Shown: piece after piece, positions 10,084 to 19,763 of the stretch | Position numbering within the stretch: the stretch's first letter is position 1 | Layout: every line of letters begins with the position of its first letter | Origin: Tortispora ganteri | Taxonomy: Eukaryota | Direction of reading: 5' to 3' | DNA: 33,813 nt | Assembly: GCA_003707115.1 (NCBI GenBank) | Contig: PPNB01000020.1 | Location: 124,001-157,813, forward strand | Made by a program: the position numbers and the translations under genes | Notes under the pieces: generated by a model | Told to the model about the DNA's origin: nothing | Database searches by the model: none | Seen by the model: only the letters and a program-made list of their open reading frames with translations

Positions 10084-10697
10084 AGATATACTACTCTTTA
10101 TCTAAGGTTTTTACCTTTTGTTTCTGGCTCCCCGCCTAAACTGCTAAGTTCCTTCGTAAATCTGCCATTGGTCTGATTTAGCCTAAAAGAGAATCGCAAG
10201 TTATTATATATATATGTTTACTGGTATCTCGTTCAAGTACTGATATATCGTCGTCATCTACATCTTTTATCACTGGTAAGGCTTTGCAGATCTTTTAATT
10301 TAGATCTACAACAAACAGGATTGGTGTTGCTATAGAAACAGTCTGATCTAAGATGCTTAATCCACACACTTTTGTACTCTCCTATCAGCTTTCGAACGCG
10401 CTTGTTAAGTTAAAGAAGAACCAGTGGGCTATCCACAATCCAACTGTACAGTTTTTAAGATTTCTCTCAAGGGGCCATAAATATAATTGTTTGCTGGCTC
10501 CCTGTTCTGTGGTCATATATTGCATTACCTTTTTCAAGTGATCCCGTTTAAAGGGTTCTGATATTTACTGTCGAGGTGGGGTTCGCCGTCGTCTAGGAGC
10601 CCGCTTGCCTTACCTCTCCAGTCTCTGGGCTTTCTTTTGTACTATATATATTCGCTCTTGGTATTGCGCCATTATTATTGTTTTATATTGAATAACT

Positions 10698-12200
10698 ATG
10701 TCGCGCAACTCAATTTTTTGGACTCCTCCGCTATCCACTCCCCCGCCAGAACCAGTCTCGCCTACAGCAATTGTGCAGGTTTCTGAACCTAATACGCCTT
10801 GCAATACCAGCCCAATGGGCCTAGGAATTTCAGTGGCAAAGAATTCATTGCCCAAGCGCACTGTATCTGCATCTGTAAAAAGATCTGTATCTGCATCAAT
10901 CAATCAAGCAGCGTTGGATACGCTGCGTCAAGCTGCTGATCTTGGGACACCTTGGGATAAAATTTCATCTCCACTGCCTATTGGTGATCAGCCAAATGTA
11001 TTAATACCGCCAAGGGATGTTACTGTGAAGTCAGACTTTACTTCCAAACTGGGCGAGGGTGCATATGCAAGAATATATGCTGCTCGAGTAACCACGGGCT
11101 CGTTGCCCACACCAATTGCGGTCAAGATAGGCCAAAGCACAGATCTTCTGGCAGAAGCACGCATTCTTTCATACATTGAGACTCTTAGACAAACTTCTAC
11201 AGATTCTCGCTCTAGTGATCTATCTATTGTTCGATTTTTTGGTCTTAACGCAATAATCCCCGGGCTAATTCTTGAACAGTGCAGCTGGAACATGTCTCAC
11301 TACGTCGATGCATGCAGACAGGCAATCATTCACGAAAATAGCATCAGAATTGATTTACCGAGTGCTCCACTCACAATGTCTTCAGCTGGGTCAGCTTTCT
11401 CTGTTGATAACCCTGCCACTCCTCCTCTTCCATCAAGACGGTATAATTCAAGTCGTGGGACCTCGGCATCGGCTGACCAAACATCCAGTCCAAGGCTGTC
11501 TGATATGGTTAATATTGCACCTCTTGCAGATGATGTTAGATTGAAAAACGAAATTACTAGCTCTACATCAGGGGGACCTGTAGTCGGCGCGTTTCATTGG
11601 ACATTGTGGGCGAGGAAGCTGTTGGATGCACTAGACTTCTTAAAGTGTACAAGAATAGTGCACGGAGATATTAAGCCTTCTAATATTCTTATAAGCGCAG
11701 ATGGTCTGGAACTGAAGTTATGTGACTTTACATCTGCTCGAATTTTGCCTGACGACTCGGATAATGACGATACAGTGCGTGACGACCGGTCGCACAATTC
11801 ACCTGCACTGACAATTGGGTTTGCCGCCCCTGAATTATTTGTGGATAACAACAAAATGGCTACATATTCTTCAGATCTATTTTCATTGGGTCTTGTACTA
11901 CTATATGCGGCGACAGGCAGGGCAGTATACGATCCCTCCAGCACAGGACCGGATGATGTGGTAAGGTTTGAGTGTTCGCCTGTATCTCCGTACAACGATA
12001 TGAACTTGAGTCAAGTATCACCTGGATCAAACAAAGATGCATACAGACGAAATCAAGTTCAGTATCGAAATGCTAAGCAAGGAAGGCCGTTGGATTTGCT
12101 TACAGAATCGGACCACAAACGAATAAGATTTCCTGCAGCTCCAACCTTAAAGATGATGCTCATAGATCGAGTACCTGTCGAGACATTATGTCGACTGTAA
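10698..12200 (+). CDS. Divergent Ser/Thr protein kinase of unassigned subfamily
   Basis: LGEGAYARIY, IAVK, AEARIL, IVHGDIKPSNILI, LKLCDFTSA, GFAAPE, SDLFSLG; long S/P-rich inserts. Confidence 0.9.
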   Translation: MSRNSIFWTPPLSTPPPEPVSPTAIVQVSEPNTPCNTSPMGLGISVAKNSLPKRTVSASVKRSVSASINQAALDTLRQAADLGTPWDKISSPLPIGDQPNVLIPPRDVTVKSDFTSKLGEGAYARIYAARVTTGSLPTPIAVKIGQSTDLLAEARILSYIETLRQTSTDSRSSDLSIVRFFGLNAIIPGLILEQCSWNMSHYVDACRQAIIHENSIRIDLPSAPLTMSSAGSAFSVDNPATPPLPSRRYNSSRGTSASADQTSSPRLSDMVNIAPLADDVRLKNEITSSTSGGPVVGAFHWTLWARKLLDALDFLKCTRIVHGDIKPSNILISADGLELKLCDFTSARILPDDSDNDDTVRDDRSHNSPALTIGFAAPELFVDNNKMATYSSDLFSLGLVLLYAATGRAVYDPSSTGPDDVVRFECSPVSPYNDMNLSQVSPGSNKDAYRRNQVQYRNAKQGRPLDLLTESDHKRIRFPAAPTLKMMLIDRVPVETLCRL

Positions 12201-12326
12201 CCCTTAAATTTTTGTTTTGTTCTGTTATATACTTTATATTATAATGACTTATTTGTTTTTGTTTGATTATGTATTGGTGGTATTCTTAAAACGGTTGGCA
12301 ATGTTTCCGAAAACTTAGAATGTGAG

Positions 12327-12764
12327 ATGCTCTTGACACTTCAGCAAATGGAAGAAGCTTTCAATGGCTACAGATCTACACCTCACGACCAAACAGCCAA
12401 TGGTAGGTCCGCTAAAAGGCGAAGAATACGGAATGATCTTAATAAAATGCAAGTCTCTAGAAGATTGCATATGAGGAAGGCACGCGAAGACATTAGAGTC
12501 CTTGCTCAAGTTGTGAGGTTTGATCCAGTTAACGGACTGCTATATGTCAGAGACCATACTTGTAAAGAGCTGAAAGTATCAATAGATCATGCATTTTATG
12601 CTGATGTTTCTATTAAGCCTTTTAATTACGTGTTTATCATGTTCCCTAAAGCATCTTCAATGGAAGCAAATAGTATTCGGTTTGCTGGACGACATGTGGA
12701 TACTAAAGCGTTCGTTGACCGCTACAACAACACCGTCAAGATTATTGATATGGCATGCGATTGA
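12327..12764 (+). CDS. Small hypothetical protein, possible OB fold (Ten1-like)
   Basis: 145-aa ORF that fills the gap between kinase and NTH1; alternating beta-strand pattern IRVLAQVVRFDPVNGLLYV...LKVSID...FNYVFIM; basic NLS-like KRRRIR. Confidence 0.55.
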   Translation: MLLTLQQMEEAFNGYRSTPHDQTANGRSAKRRRIRNDLNKMQVSRRLHMRKAREDIRVLAQVVRFDPVNGLLYVRDHTCKELKVSIDHAFYADVSIKPFNYVFIMFPKASSMEANSIRFAGRHVDTKAFVDRYNNTVKIIDMACD

Positions 12765-12784
12765 CATATTATGAGATTATAGTA

Positions 12785-15076
12785 CTAGAAATTGGTCTGT
12801 TCTCTCTGTTTAACTTGAAGGTAAAGACTTGGAGGCGTAAGTGTACCTAAGGCACGTCGTGAAGTGGAATCAAGCATTGCTAGTCCTACTACAAAGGAAG
12901 CATTGACCCAGCCAAATCCTTCTCTTGCCACTCCTTTAATATCTCCTCCCTGATTTCCATATTCTGCATCAACACGATGAGGATCTGTTGGCTTGGTGAC
13001 ATCATACTTTTCAACTACTACTCCATTGTAGTCCACAAATGCTTTGGTAATCATGTACAGCCATCGGTAACAGAGCCGCTCGCATTCGTCATAATATCCA
13101 TATCGCTGCAATCCAAGCCATGCCAAAATCTGCTGAGGAGCCCAACCAAATGGATAGTCCCATTGTCTCGAAGGACGATCCAGTCCAATGGCACCTCGCG
13201 ACCTCTCGGTGCCACTAGCAAGTCCTCCGAGTTCTTCGAGTTTAGGAAGTGCTTTTTTAACCATAAGCGATGCCTGATCAGGCGTACATAATCCTGCCCA
13301 CATCGCCCAGAATGTTGTCGCACTTTCATAATCCGTTTGCTGCTTTTTAACGGTATCATAGTCGAAGTACATTCCTTTCTCTTCACACCACATGTATTTT
13401 TGCATGAGTTTCTTGCGCCGCATCGCCGCTTTCTTGAACCTGTACGATGAAACGAAGTGACCTAAACTGTCGGCTAACTCCATCTTATCGTTGAATATCG
13501 TTCTCACCACTCTCTCTATGTCCATTTCATACTTGTACAAGAGAGAATTCAAATCCACTGTAGCCAAGTTTGCACACCTTCCTTCTAGCCTGTAAGATGT
13601 GTCGTGTCCTGACTCACGAACTGCACGGTCATGCAGAAAGTATTCATCCAGCCAAGGCTCATTAATTTTACCGTAGTTATAGAGCTTATGGAACTCCTCC
13701 TGCGTTACATTATATTTTTTGCAGTATGGCTCCAAGAGATGCGTGAAATGGCTTGCTTCTGTTTCAGGAGGAATTCCAAGTCCATCTGGTCGGTATCTAG
13801 AAAGGCCTGACTCAGGATCGTACCGTGGAGTAGACATCCATACCTGTTCATATTCATGAATTGCGTAAGTGATTGCAAACCTCAAGAAATCTTTGGCATC
13901 TGGAAGGTACGATATCCTCTCATATACTTTAATAGCCATGTCAGTCAAGAAAGGAGGTTGCGATCTCATGAGATAGTAAGATCTATTTGCATTCAGAATC
14001 TTGCCGTAGTATTTTATCTCAAAGCAAAAGTTGCGCACCATATCCTGAGCGAGCTCTACATATCCGTTCTCCAATAGGCCCAGTGATATCATGTAGGAAT
14101 CCCAGCCGTACATTTCGTTAAACCGGCCGCCAGGCACCACAAAGGGTACACCGGTTAATGTTATTTCGTTCTTAGCTTGATCAAACGTATGTTCCATATC
14201 AAGAGCTAACAAACCAGGTTTGTCATTAAGATCGCGTACTAGTTCCGCGGTTATGTGTTCGGGTAAGTATTGAACGTCCAGATTCAGATCAGGCATAGAT
14301 TCGGCCACACCTTTATAATATTGGAACTGCTCGACCAGTCCAGAAGGTATGTACACCCTTGGTCTCGGGTTAGGACTTCTATCTTTAGAATCGACAGCAG
14401 CTATCTCAATAGAGTCCTTGTCGATTTTGCGTACTAATGCAGGCCAGAACTCTGTGGATATGAGACGCGAGAGTCTATCGACCGGGTTCTCGTTCAGTCG
14501 ATCCTCATCTAAATATATTCTTTTTCTTCCAAGGCTCTTAGCAAGTGTAAGTTCTTGTAGTAAGTTGGAAAGCATATAGGTACCACTTATGGTCACCGTT
14601 TTGTATCCGAATGAGTTTGCTGTAGGCAATGTGAATTCTTTAGGGCCCTCATCTTCTATAGTGATTTGCATATCATTGTCTGTATCTTCAGATTCAAGTA
14701 ACTTGGTTAGCGTCGAGTCAACATCTACGAGGAATTTGCGAGAGCCGGTATTTGCAACTGAATGAACATCTAACGATGCACGTCGGCGACGTGTTACAGA
14801 AGTATCTTCATGCGCTTTTGCTGAATTCTTTAACGCCATTTTTGCCATATTCAGCATTGATTCATCAATAAGCGACATATTGCGTGTTCTCGGATTATTA
14901 AACTGCTTAGAATAATACTCTTTAGCTGTTGTCTTCGGGTCCATTCCTGAACCTATAGGAGCTTTTGGGCCAGGTACGTCGTCAGCGAGCGGACTGACCG
15001 ATCTTGACATATTAGACCATGGCTTTTGTGCAGTAGAGGCAGAAGGCTCTGCAGATGAAGATCTACTTTTTTCCAT
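12785..15076 (-). CDS. NTH1: Neutral trehalase (GH37)
   Basis: PKA site RRRRASL, EF-hand-like [66 protein letters not shown]. Confidence 0.97.
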   Translation of the reverse strand: MEKSRSSSAEPSASTAQKPWSNMSRSVSPLADDVPGPKAPIGSGMDPKTTAKEYYSKQFNNPRTRNMSLIDESMLNMAKMALKNSAKAHEDTSVTRRRRASLDVHSVANTGSRKFLVDVDSTLTKLLESEDTDNDMQITIEDEGPKEFTLPTANSFGYKTVTISGTYMLSNLLQELTLAKSLGRKRIYLDEDRLNENPVDRLSRLISTEFWPALVRKIDKDSIEIAAVDSKDRSPNPRPRVYIPSGLVEQFQYYKGVAESMPDLNLDVQYLPEHITAELVRDLNDKPGLLALDMEHTFDQAKNEITLTGVPFVVPGGRFNEMYGWDSYMISLGLLENGYVELAQDMVRNFCFEIKYYGKILNANRSYYLMRSQPPFLTDMAIKVYERISYLPDAKDFLRFAITYAIHEYEQVWMSTPRYDPESGLSRYRPDGLGIPPETEASHFTHLLEPYCKKYNVTQEEFHKLYNYGKINEPWLDEYFLHDRAVRESGHDTSYRLEGRCANLATVDLNSLLYKYEMDIERVVRTIFNDKMELADSLGHFVSSYRFKKAAMRRKKLMQKYMWCEEKGMYFDYDTVKKQQTDYESATTFWAMWAGLCTPDQASLMVKKALPKLEELGGLASGTERSRGAIGLDRPSRQWDYPFGWAPQQILAWLGLQRYGYYDECERLCYRWLYMITKAFVDYNGVVVEKYDVTKPTDPHRVDAEYGNQGGDIKGVAREGFGWVNASFVVGLAMLDSTSRRALGTLTPPSLYLQVKQREQTNF

Positions 15077-15205
15077 TTTTTTAAATGTCAGATATTCAAG
15101 ACAGGTCTGTTAGTGTCACTAGTTTGCTTTACTTTATATCAGTGAATAGGTGGTAGTTTGAGTTTAAGTGTGGATGAAACATATACGCAGAAAAACAAAA
15201 AAATA

Positions 15206-15212
15206 ATGACGT
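15206..15212 (+). promoter_or_regulatory. CRE/M26-like ATF site upstream of NTH1
   Basis: ATGACGT 130 bp upstream of the NTH1 ATG. Confidence 0.45.
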
Positions 15213-15319
15213 GAATGAATACTATACAAAATCATAAATCGTAGAATCAGAAAAAATATTGAGCTCATTCTCATTTGCTTTTGATTTAAAAGAATGGCAT
15301 ATATTAAAGGCTGAACAAA

Positions 15320-17152
15320 TCAGCTATTGGCTTTTGAAGCCGCCATCGCACTCGCGGCTTGTTTTTTTTGCTGAATAGTCTTTCTGATAGCCTCAGCTAA
15401 TACGTGAGGGCTAATGTTATCGCCAAGTTGAGCTTTCAATTTCTCTTTCAGAAGATTAATAACTTCTGGATTAATTGCAGGAACAGCAGTCGTAGAGGCC
15501 GGCTGAGAAGGAGCACGCGTAGGTGCGTGCAACACAGGGGGAGCAGGAGCGGGTATGTTTGACTTCACATTAGACGTGCCTTCAGTCATCGGCGCAGAGA
15601 CGACTTTAGTGGCTTCAGTAGGTGTGTCTTGTGGTATATATTCGCCTGTAGTGGCTGGATTGGTCATTGAGGAAGGAGGTTGAGTAGTGACGTTTGACTG
15701 CGTATTAGTAATGCTAGCCGGTGTCGAAGTTTTAACAGCTGAATTTTTATCATCTGGAGTTCCACGTTCATTTTCAACAGGTTTTTCACTCGCAGCTCCA
15801 GCTCCAGCGGTAGAAACGCTCTCAATGCAGGCTGTACCAGTAGCTGCTGCTGCAGGTGTGGTATTTGACGTCGGCGCTGACGATGGGCTTCCAGTTCCTT
15901 GTTGTTTCTGTTTCATCTGCGATATCAATGCTCTAAGTTGTGAAAGTTGATCAGAATTATTAGACGCTAGTTTCGGTGCAGCCGGGACTGTTTGAGAATG
16001 TGCTCGTGAGTTCTGAGTTTTATTTTCCTGATTAACCTTCGTCTGGGCCGCTTGTCGCTTGCGTTTCTCTTCCATCTCACTCACAGCCTGTTCATCTAAT
16101 CCCCATAAAAAGTTCTTTGCCTCTTTACTAGCTTTGGTGAACACCTTGTTCAGCGAAAGATTGTGCCTGACAGAACTCTGCCATCCAGGAGGTCTATATC
16201 TAAAATAGGGATAAGTCTCTTGAATGCCTCGATAAATCTGAGAGAGAGACATTCCCTTCTCATTTCCGTACTTTCGGATAACTTCAATGAGTATTTGACT
16301 GAGTGAGACATTGGGTCTTTCGCGATATTCTGGCGGTATTTGATCTTCAGGTAATTCCTCATAGGGGTATGGAGCAAATTCATCTTTATATTTTGCTTTT
16401 TTGTCCATTTTTGCGTCCTTATCCACCTTGGCATCTTTTTCAGGTTTTGATTCTTTATCAGAGTTTGATTCCTTATCCGATTTTGCTTTGGCTTTGGAAC
16501 GCTTACGTCGCGGTTTCTTTTCGTCGACTATATCTGTATCAGCGTTAGAAGGGCGATGTTTGCGTTTTCCAATAGCATTCTCTTCAACTTCAAGAGCATC
16601 CATGTATAATTCAGGTTTGGCATCATCCGGCATGTCGGGTAGCACGAATGTGAAAGGAATCTGACCTATTTGAACGCGTGTGTTATGAGTAAGAGGTACA
16701 GTGACACCTAGCTCGACGTAAGTACCATTAACAAAAGCGCCATTTCTACCTGTGATTGTTATCTCAAATCGCTGATGACCGAAATTAAAAAATATACGAG
16801 CATGTCGTCTTGATATCGACTTAGATGGGCCGAGATCAACGTCTACTTTATCTTGAGAATCTTCATGAGCTAGCTTCTTAGAACTTCGTCGTCCAAGGAA
16901 AAGCTCTAACGTTTGAAGGTAAAAAGTGAATGTATCAAAATCTAATCTAGCATAAGCCGATACTCTACTTTCATTCGGAGAATCTTCTGGAGGATTGCCA
17001 GCCTGTTCTTCGGTCGTGATCGTGGCGGGTACATTGGAGAATTGACTTAAGGAGCTCAACGAGGGTAAAGTATGATCCAAATCGTCTTCCGGTAAAATTT
17101 CCGTTTCGTGAGGCTCAGAAACCGGAGGTTCTTGCCTGCTTTCGTCAGCCAT
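15320..17152 (-). CDS. FHL1: FHA + forkhead transcription factor Fhl1 (ribosomal protein gene regulator)
   Basis: AYARLDFDTFTFYLQTL (Fhl1-type FHA lead-in), LGPSKSISRRHARI, GRNGAFV, forkhead YPYF...GWQSSVRHNLSLN. Confidence 0.9.
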   Translation of the reverse strand: MADESRQEPPVSEPHETEILPEDDLDHTLPSLSSLSQFSNVPATITTEEQAGNPPEDSPNESRVSAYARLDFDTFTFYLQTLELFLGRRSSKKLAHEDSQDKVDVDLGPSKSISRRHARIFFNFGHQRFEITITGRNGAFVNGTYVELGVTVPLTHNTRVQIGQIPFTFVLPDMPDDAKPELYMDALEVEENAIGKRKHRPSNADTDIVDEKKPRRKRSKAKAKSDKESNSDKESKPEKDAKVDKDAKMDKKAKYKDEFAPYPYEELPEDQIPPEYRERPNVSLSQILIEVIRKYGNEKGMSLSQIYRGIQETYPYFRYRPPGWQSSVRHNLSLNKVFTKASKEAKNFLWGLDEQAVSEMEEKRKRQAAQTKVNQENKTQNSRAHSQTVPAAPKLASNNSDQLSQLRALISQMKQKQQGTGSPSSAPTSNTTPAAAATGTACIESVSTAGAGAASEKPVENERGTPDDKNSAVKTSTPASITNTQSNVTTQPPSSMTNPATTGEYIPQDTPTEATKVVSAPMTEGTSNVKSNIPAPAPPVLHAPTRAPSQPASTTAVPAINPEVINLLKEKLKAQLGDNISPHVLAEAIRKTIQQKKQAASAMAASKANS

Positions 17153-17398
17153 AATGGCAAGAGAAAGAATTAAATCAAGTAAATCTTACTATGAAGACCG
17201 TAAGGGTTTGTTTTGTTGTGTCCTGAAACATTTTATATGCGTTGCTATGGTATAACTTCACCACCAAGACGTATTATTCCATAGCTCTTGATGTCTTTTT
17301 TATTACAGAGAAATATTGATAATATATTTATAGAATCGGCGATTTATATATTCCTAAGTGAGCAAACGTTGTCTAGTATAAAGAAAAAAAAAATATGG

Positions 17399-17481
17399 TG
17401 ACAACTCTGGGATTCGAACCCAGGCCCCCGAAGAGATCAGGACCTTAACCTGACGCCTTAGACCAACTCGGCCAAATTGCC
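17399..17481 (-). tRNA. tRNA-Leu (anticodon AAG), intronless
   Basis: Minus strand reads GGCAATT TGGCCGAGTTGGTCTAAGGCG TCAGG TT-AAG-GT CCTGA, long variable arm with TTCG loop, GGTTCGAATCC, AGTTGTC A. An oligo-T Pol III terminator follows at 17384-17393. Confidence 0.97.
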
Positions 17482-17772
17482 TTATAATTAAACGTTTTAA
17501 CTCTTTAGTACTATATATGGGGCTTATTAGTCCCTAATTTCAAAAACAAGAGGTATAATGGAAGTAGCTACCTATACTTCGTATTCAGTTAATTTAAATA
17601 GTAGGAATATTACAATATTTTTATTATATTCATTAGTTTTGATGTTGCGGGGTCATGATGTTTCAGATAAGATGTGGAAAATCGTTAACACTAACCAAAA
17701 TGCGACAATGTCCTTTCATCACAAAACTGGTCTAGCTGTATTTTTCTGAAATGAAATTGATAATAATATCAC

Positions 17773-18309
17773 TTATTTAGCATTCCTCAAAGCTATGGAA
17801 ATGGAAAGTATACCGTTGATGGCTCTGTGCCAACGCTCGTTAAAATAATCCAGTTTCGGCTGAGCTTCAATTTGTGCACGTAGTCGAGCATTGTAAATTT
17901 CATTGATTTGGTCATTCAATTCGTTTAATCTTTCTTTAGAATACTGTAATCTTGTTGTGAGTTCAACAAGGTATGCATTTGCTGCGTTTCGACTTTCATC
18001 TAACTTTTCGATCTCAATAGCATCGATTTGCGAATTCACGTACTCTATCATCACACATAATCGTTTTATCTTTTCTTCAACTGGTATATCTAACAATAAA
18101 TCATACCTATCATTAAATATCTGCGCACAAGGTTGATAACCTTCAGCGATTTCATTTTCTAACTGAATACCTCTAAGCGAAGAAAATGACGGTTCAAGCT
18201 GTTTGATCGAGTCATGAAAAGCGACATTACTAACAGTTCCAATCTTTTCATGTATTGCCTTTCTCAATGTTTCGTTGAGTTCTTTGTCTAGATAAGGTAG
18301 ATAATCCAT
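17773..18309 (-). CDS. SPF27: Prp19-complex splicing factor Spf27/BCAS2/Cwf7
   Basis: Starts MDYLPYLD (BCAS2 D-x-LPY-x-D motif); C-terminal coiled coil with INEIYNARLRAQ...LDYFNERW. The track start at 18330 is non-ATG. Confidence 0.75.
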   Translation of the reverse strand: MDYLPYLDKELNETLRKAIHEKIGTVSNVAFHDSIKQLEPSFSSLRGIQLENEIAEGYQPCAQIFNDRYDLLLDIPVEEKIKRLCVMIEYVNSQIDAIEIEKLDESRNAANAYLVELTTRLQYSKERLNELNDQINEIYNARLRAQIEAQPKLDYFNERWHRAINGILSISIALRNAK

Positions 18310-18843
18310 GCTCAGACCTAAGACGCACAATCAAAGCGCACAATTAGTGTAGGTTAGTTAAATGTTAATGATACGTAAGTGTGTGTCACGTGATAATGAA
18401 GTTTAGATCAAACTTACTAAAATGCACTATGAGACAGGGAAACATCTGAAGCTATAGATTGATTTTAATTACGCATTGTTTCTGAAACTAATGAACATTT
18501 CTGCTTAATTGAAACAGTGTTTATGAGGCGATAATTTCATCATACTGAGGCAATAATACGCGGACCGTATGAGTTGGGACAACGGAAGGCTGGTACAGCA
18601 TATGGCACAATACGCCTCTAAATGTCACAATTCAATAGCTAACCGGTAAAACAATAATAGACGGACAGTGAGATCAAAGATCCCGATACGAGAATTATCA
18701 ATTATATGTGCATCAGGAGTGATCCAGAAGGTGCTCGAAGGAGTCAAATTGATGGGATATTACTGAAAACAGAAAGTCCCACTTTGCCATTGCATAGTCT
18801 TGGTAGGCCGCTGACTAAGTAGATATATCGATAAGTAATAGAT

Positions 18844-18878
18844 CGAATCTTCGAGAAATGTTGTAAATTATCTATAAA
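18844..18878 (+). promoter_or_regulatory. Perfect three-unit heat-shock element plus TATA box
   Basis: cGAAtcTTCgaGAAa at 18844-18858 and TATAAA at 18873-18878, about 80-115 bp upstream of the sHSP ATG. Confidence 0.8.
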
Positions 18879-18959
18879 TGAGGGCCAATTTCTCTCTGTG
18901 CCAGACTATTCTCTGAATAAAACTACACTTTAATTGACTCTTATAACAAGACCTCTGCT

Positions 18960-19562
18960 ATGATCGTCACTACTACTCCTTTTTTTAGCTTCCCCTTTAA
19001 TAACAGCGACATCTCTGACTACAGCTATAATCACTGTGGTGGTGCTTGTAAGCCTTACAATGATGAAAAGCTCTCTAATGATACTGAGTCACCTGTGATT
19101 GCTCCTTTGGACGTTTACGAGGCAGAAGATCACTACACTGTAGTGCTTGACTTCCCCGGCGTCAATCCTGATTCGATCAAGGCTGAATTCGATGCTAACG
19201 ACAATTCAATCACTGTAACTGGCGCTGGTCCCTCTGCGCCCGATTCGGTTCAATACCGAATACGTGAACGCGATACTGGTAATCGCAAACGTGTGGTAAA
19301 GTTCCCTAAGAATATTCGTTTGGTGTCTGAGAAGATCTCTGCTCAGTATACTTACGGTGTGCTTGAACTGACTATACCTAAAGAAGGTCCACAAACGAGA
19401 CGTATCCCTATTGCTATTAATGGCTCACCTACTGTTGTTGAGTCGAATGAGTCACAGCAGCAAATTGATACTGAAACGGGGTCTTCTCGAAATAGGTCTC
19501 CCACCATTGAAAATGCACCTGATTCAGGCGAGGCAGAATGGCTTGATGTTTCTAAGAATTAA
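18960..19562 (+). CDS. Small heat-shock protein (HSP20/alpha-crystallin domain)
   Basis: PLDVYEAEDHYTVVLDFPGV, RER..G..KRVVKFP, ISAQYTYGVLELTIPK, IXI motif RRIPI. Confidence 0.93.
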   Translation: MIVTTTPFFSFPFNNSDISDYSYNHCGGACKPYNDEKLSNDTESPVIAPLDVYEAEDHYTVVLDFPGVNPDSIKAEFDANDNSITVTGAGPSAPDSVQYRIRERDTGNRKRVVKFPKNIRLVSEKISAQYTYGVLELTIPKEGPQTRRIPIAINGSPTVVESNESQQQIDTETGSSRNRSPTIENAPDSGEAEWLDVSKN

Positions 19563-19763
19563 AAAGGTTTGATCTAATGGCACGTTTAATCGTATTTTTG
19601 GATACTAATATATAATTGTTTTCTTTATATTTTAAACTAATTCATATCTGTAGATTAGGTCGGTCTTTGTCCATTGATGCAACCTATAATACGATGGTAT
19701 ACTCTTACACTACTAAACATACACCCAGTGTACCCTCCCCCACCATTCACTTCGATACATTCA

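Noticed and set aside
17517..18780. RNase MRP-like words ATGGGGCTTA (17517) and GAAAGTCCC (18772)
   Set aside because: Wrong order and separated by a protein-coding gene.
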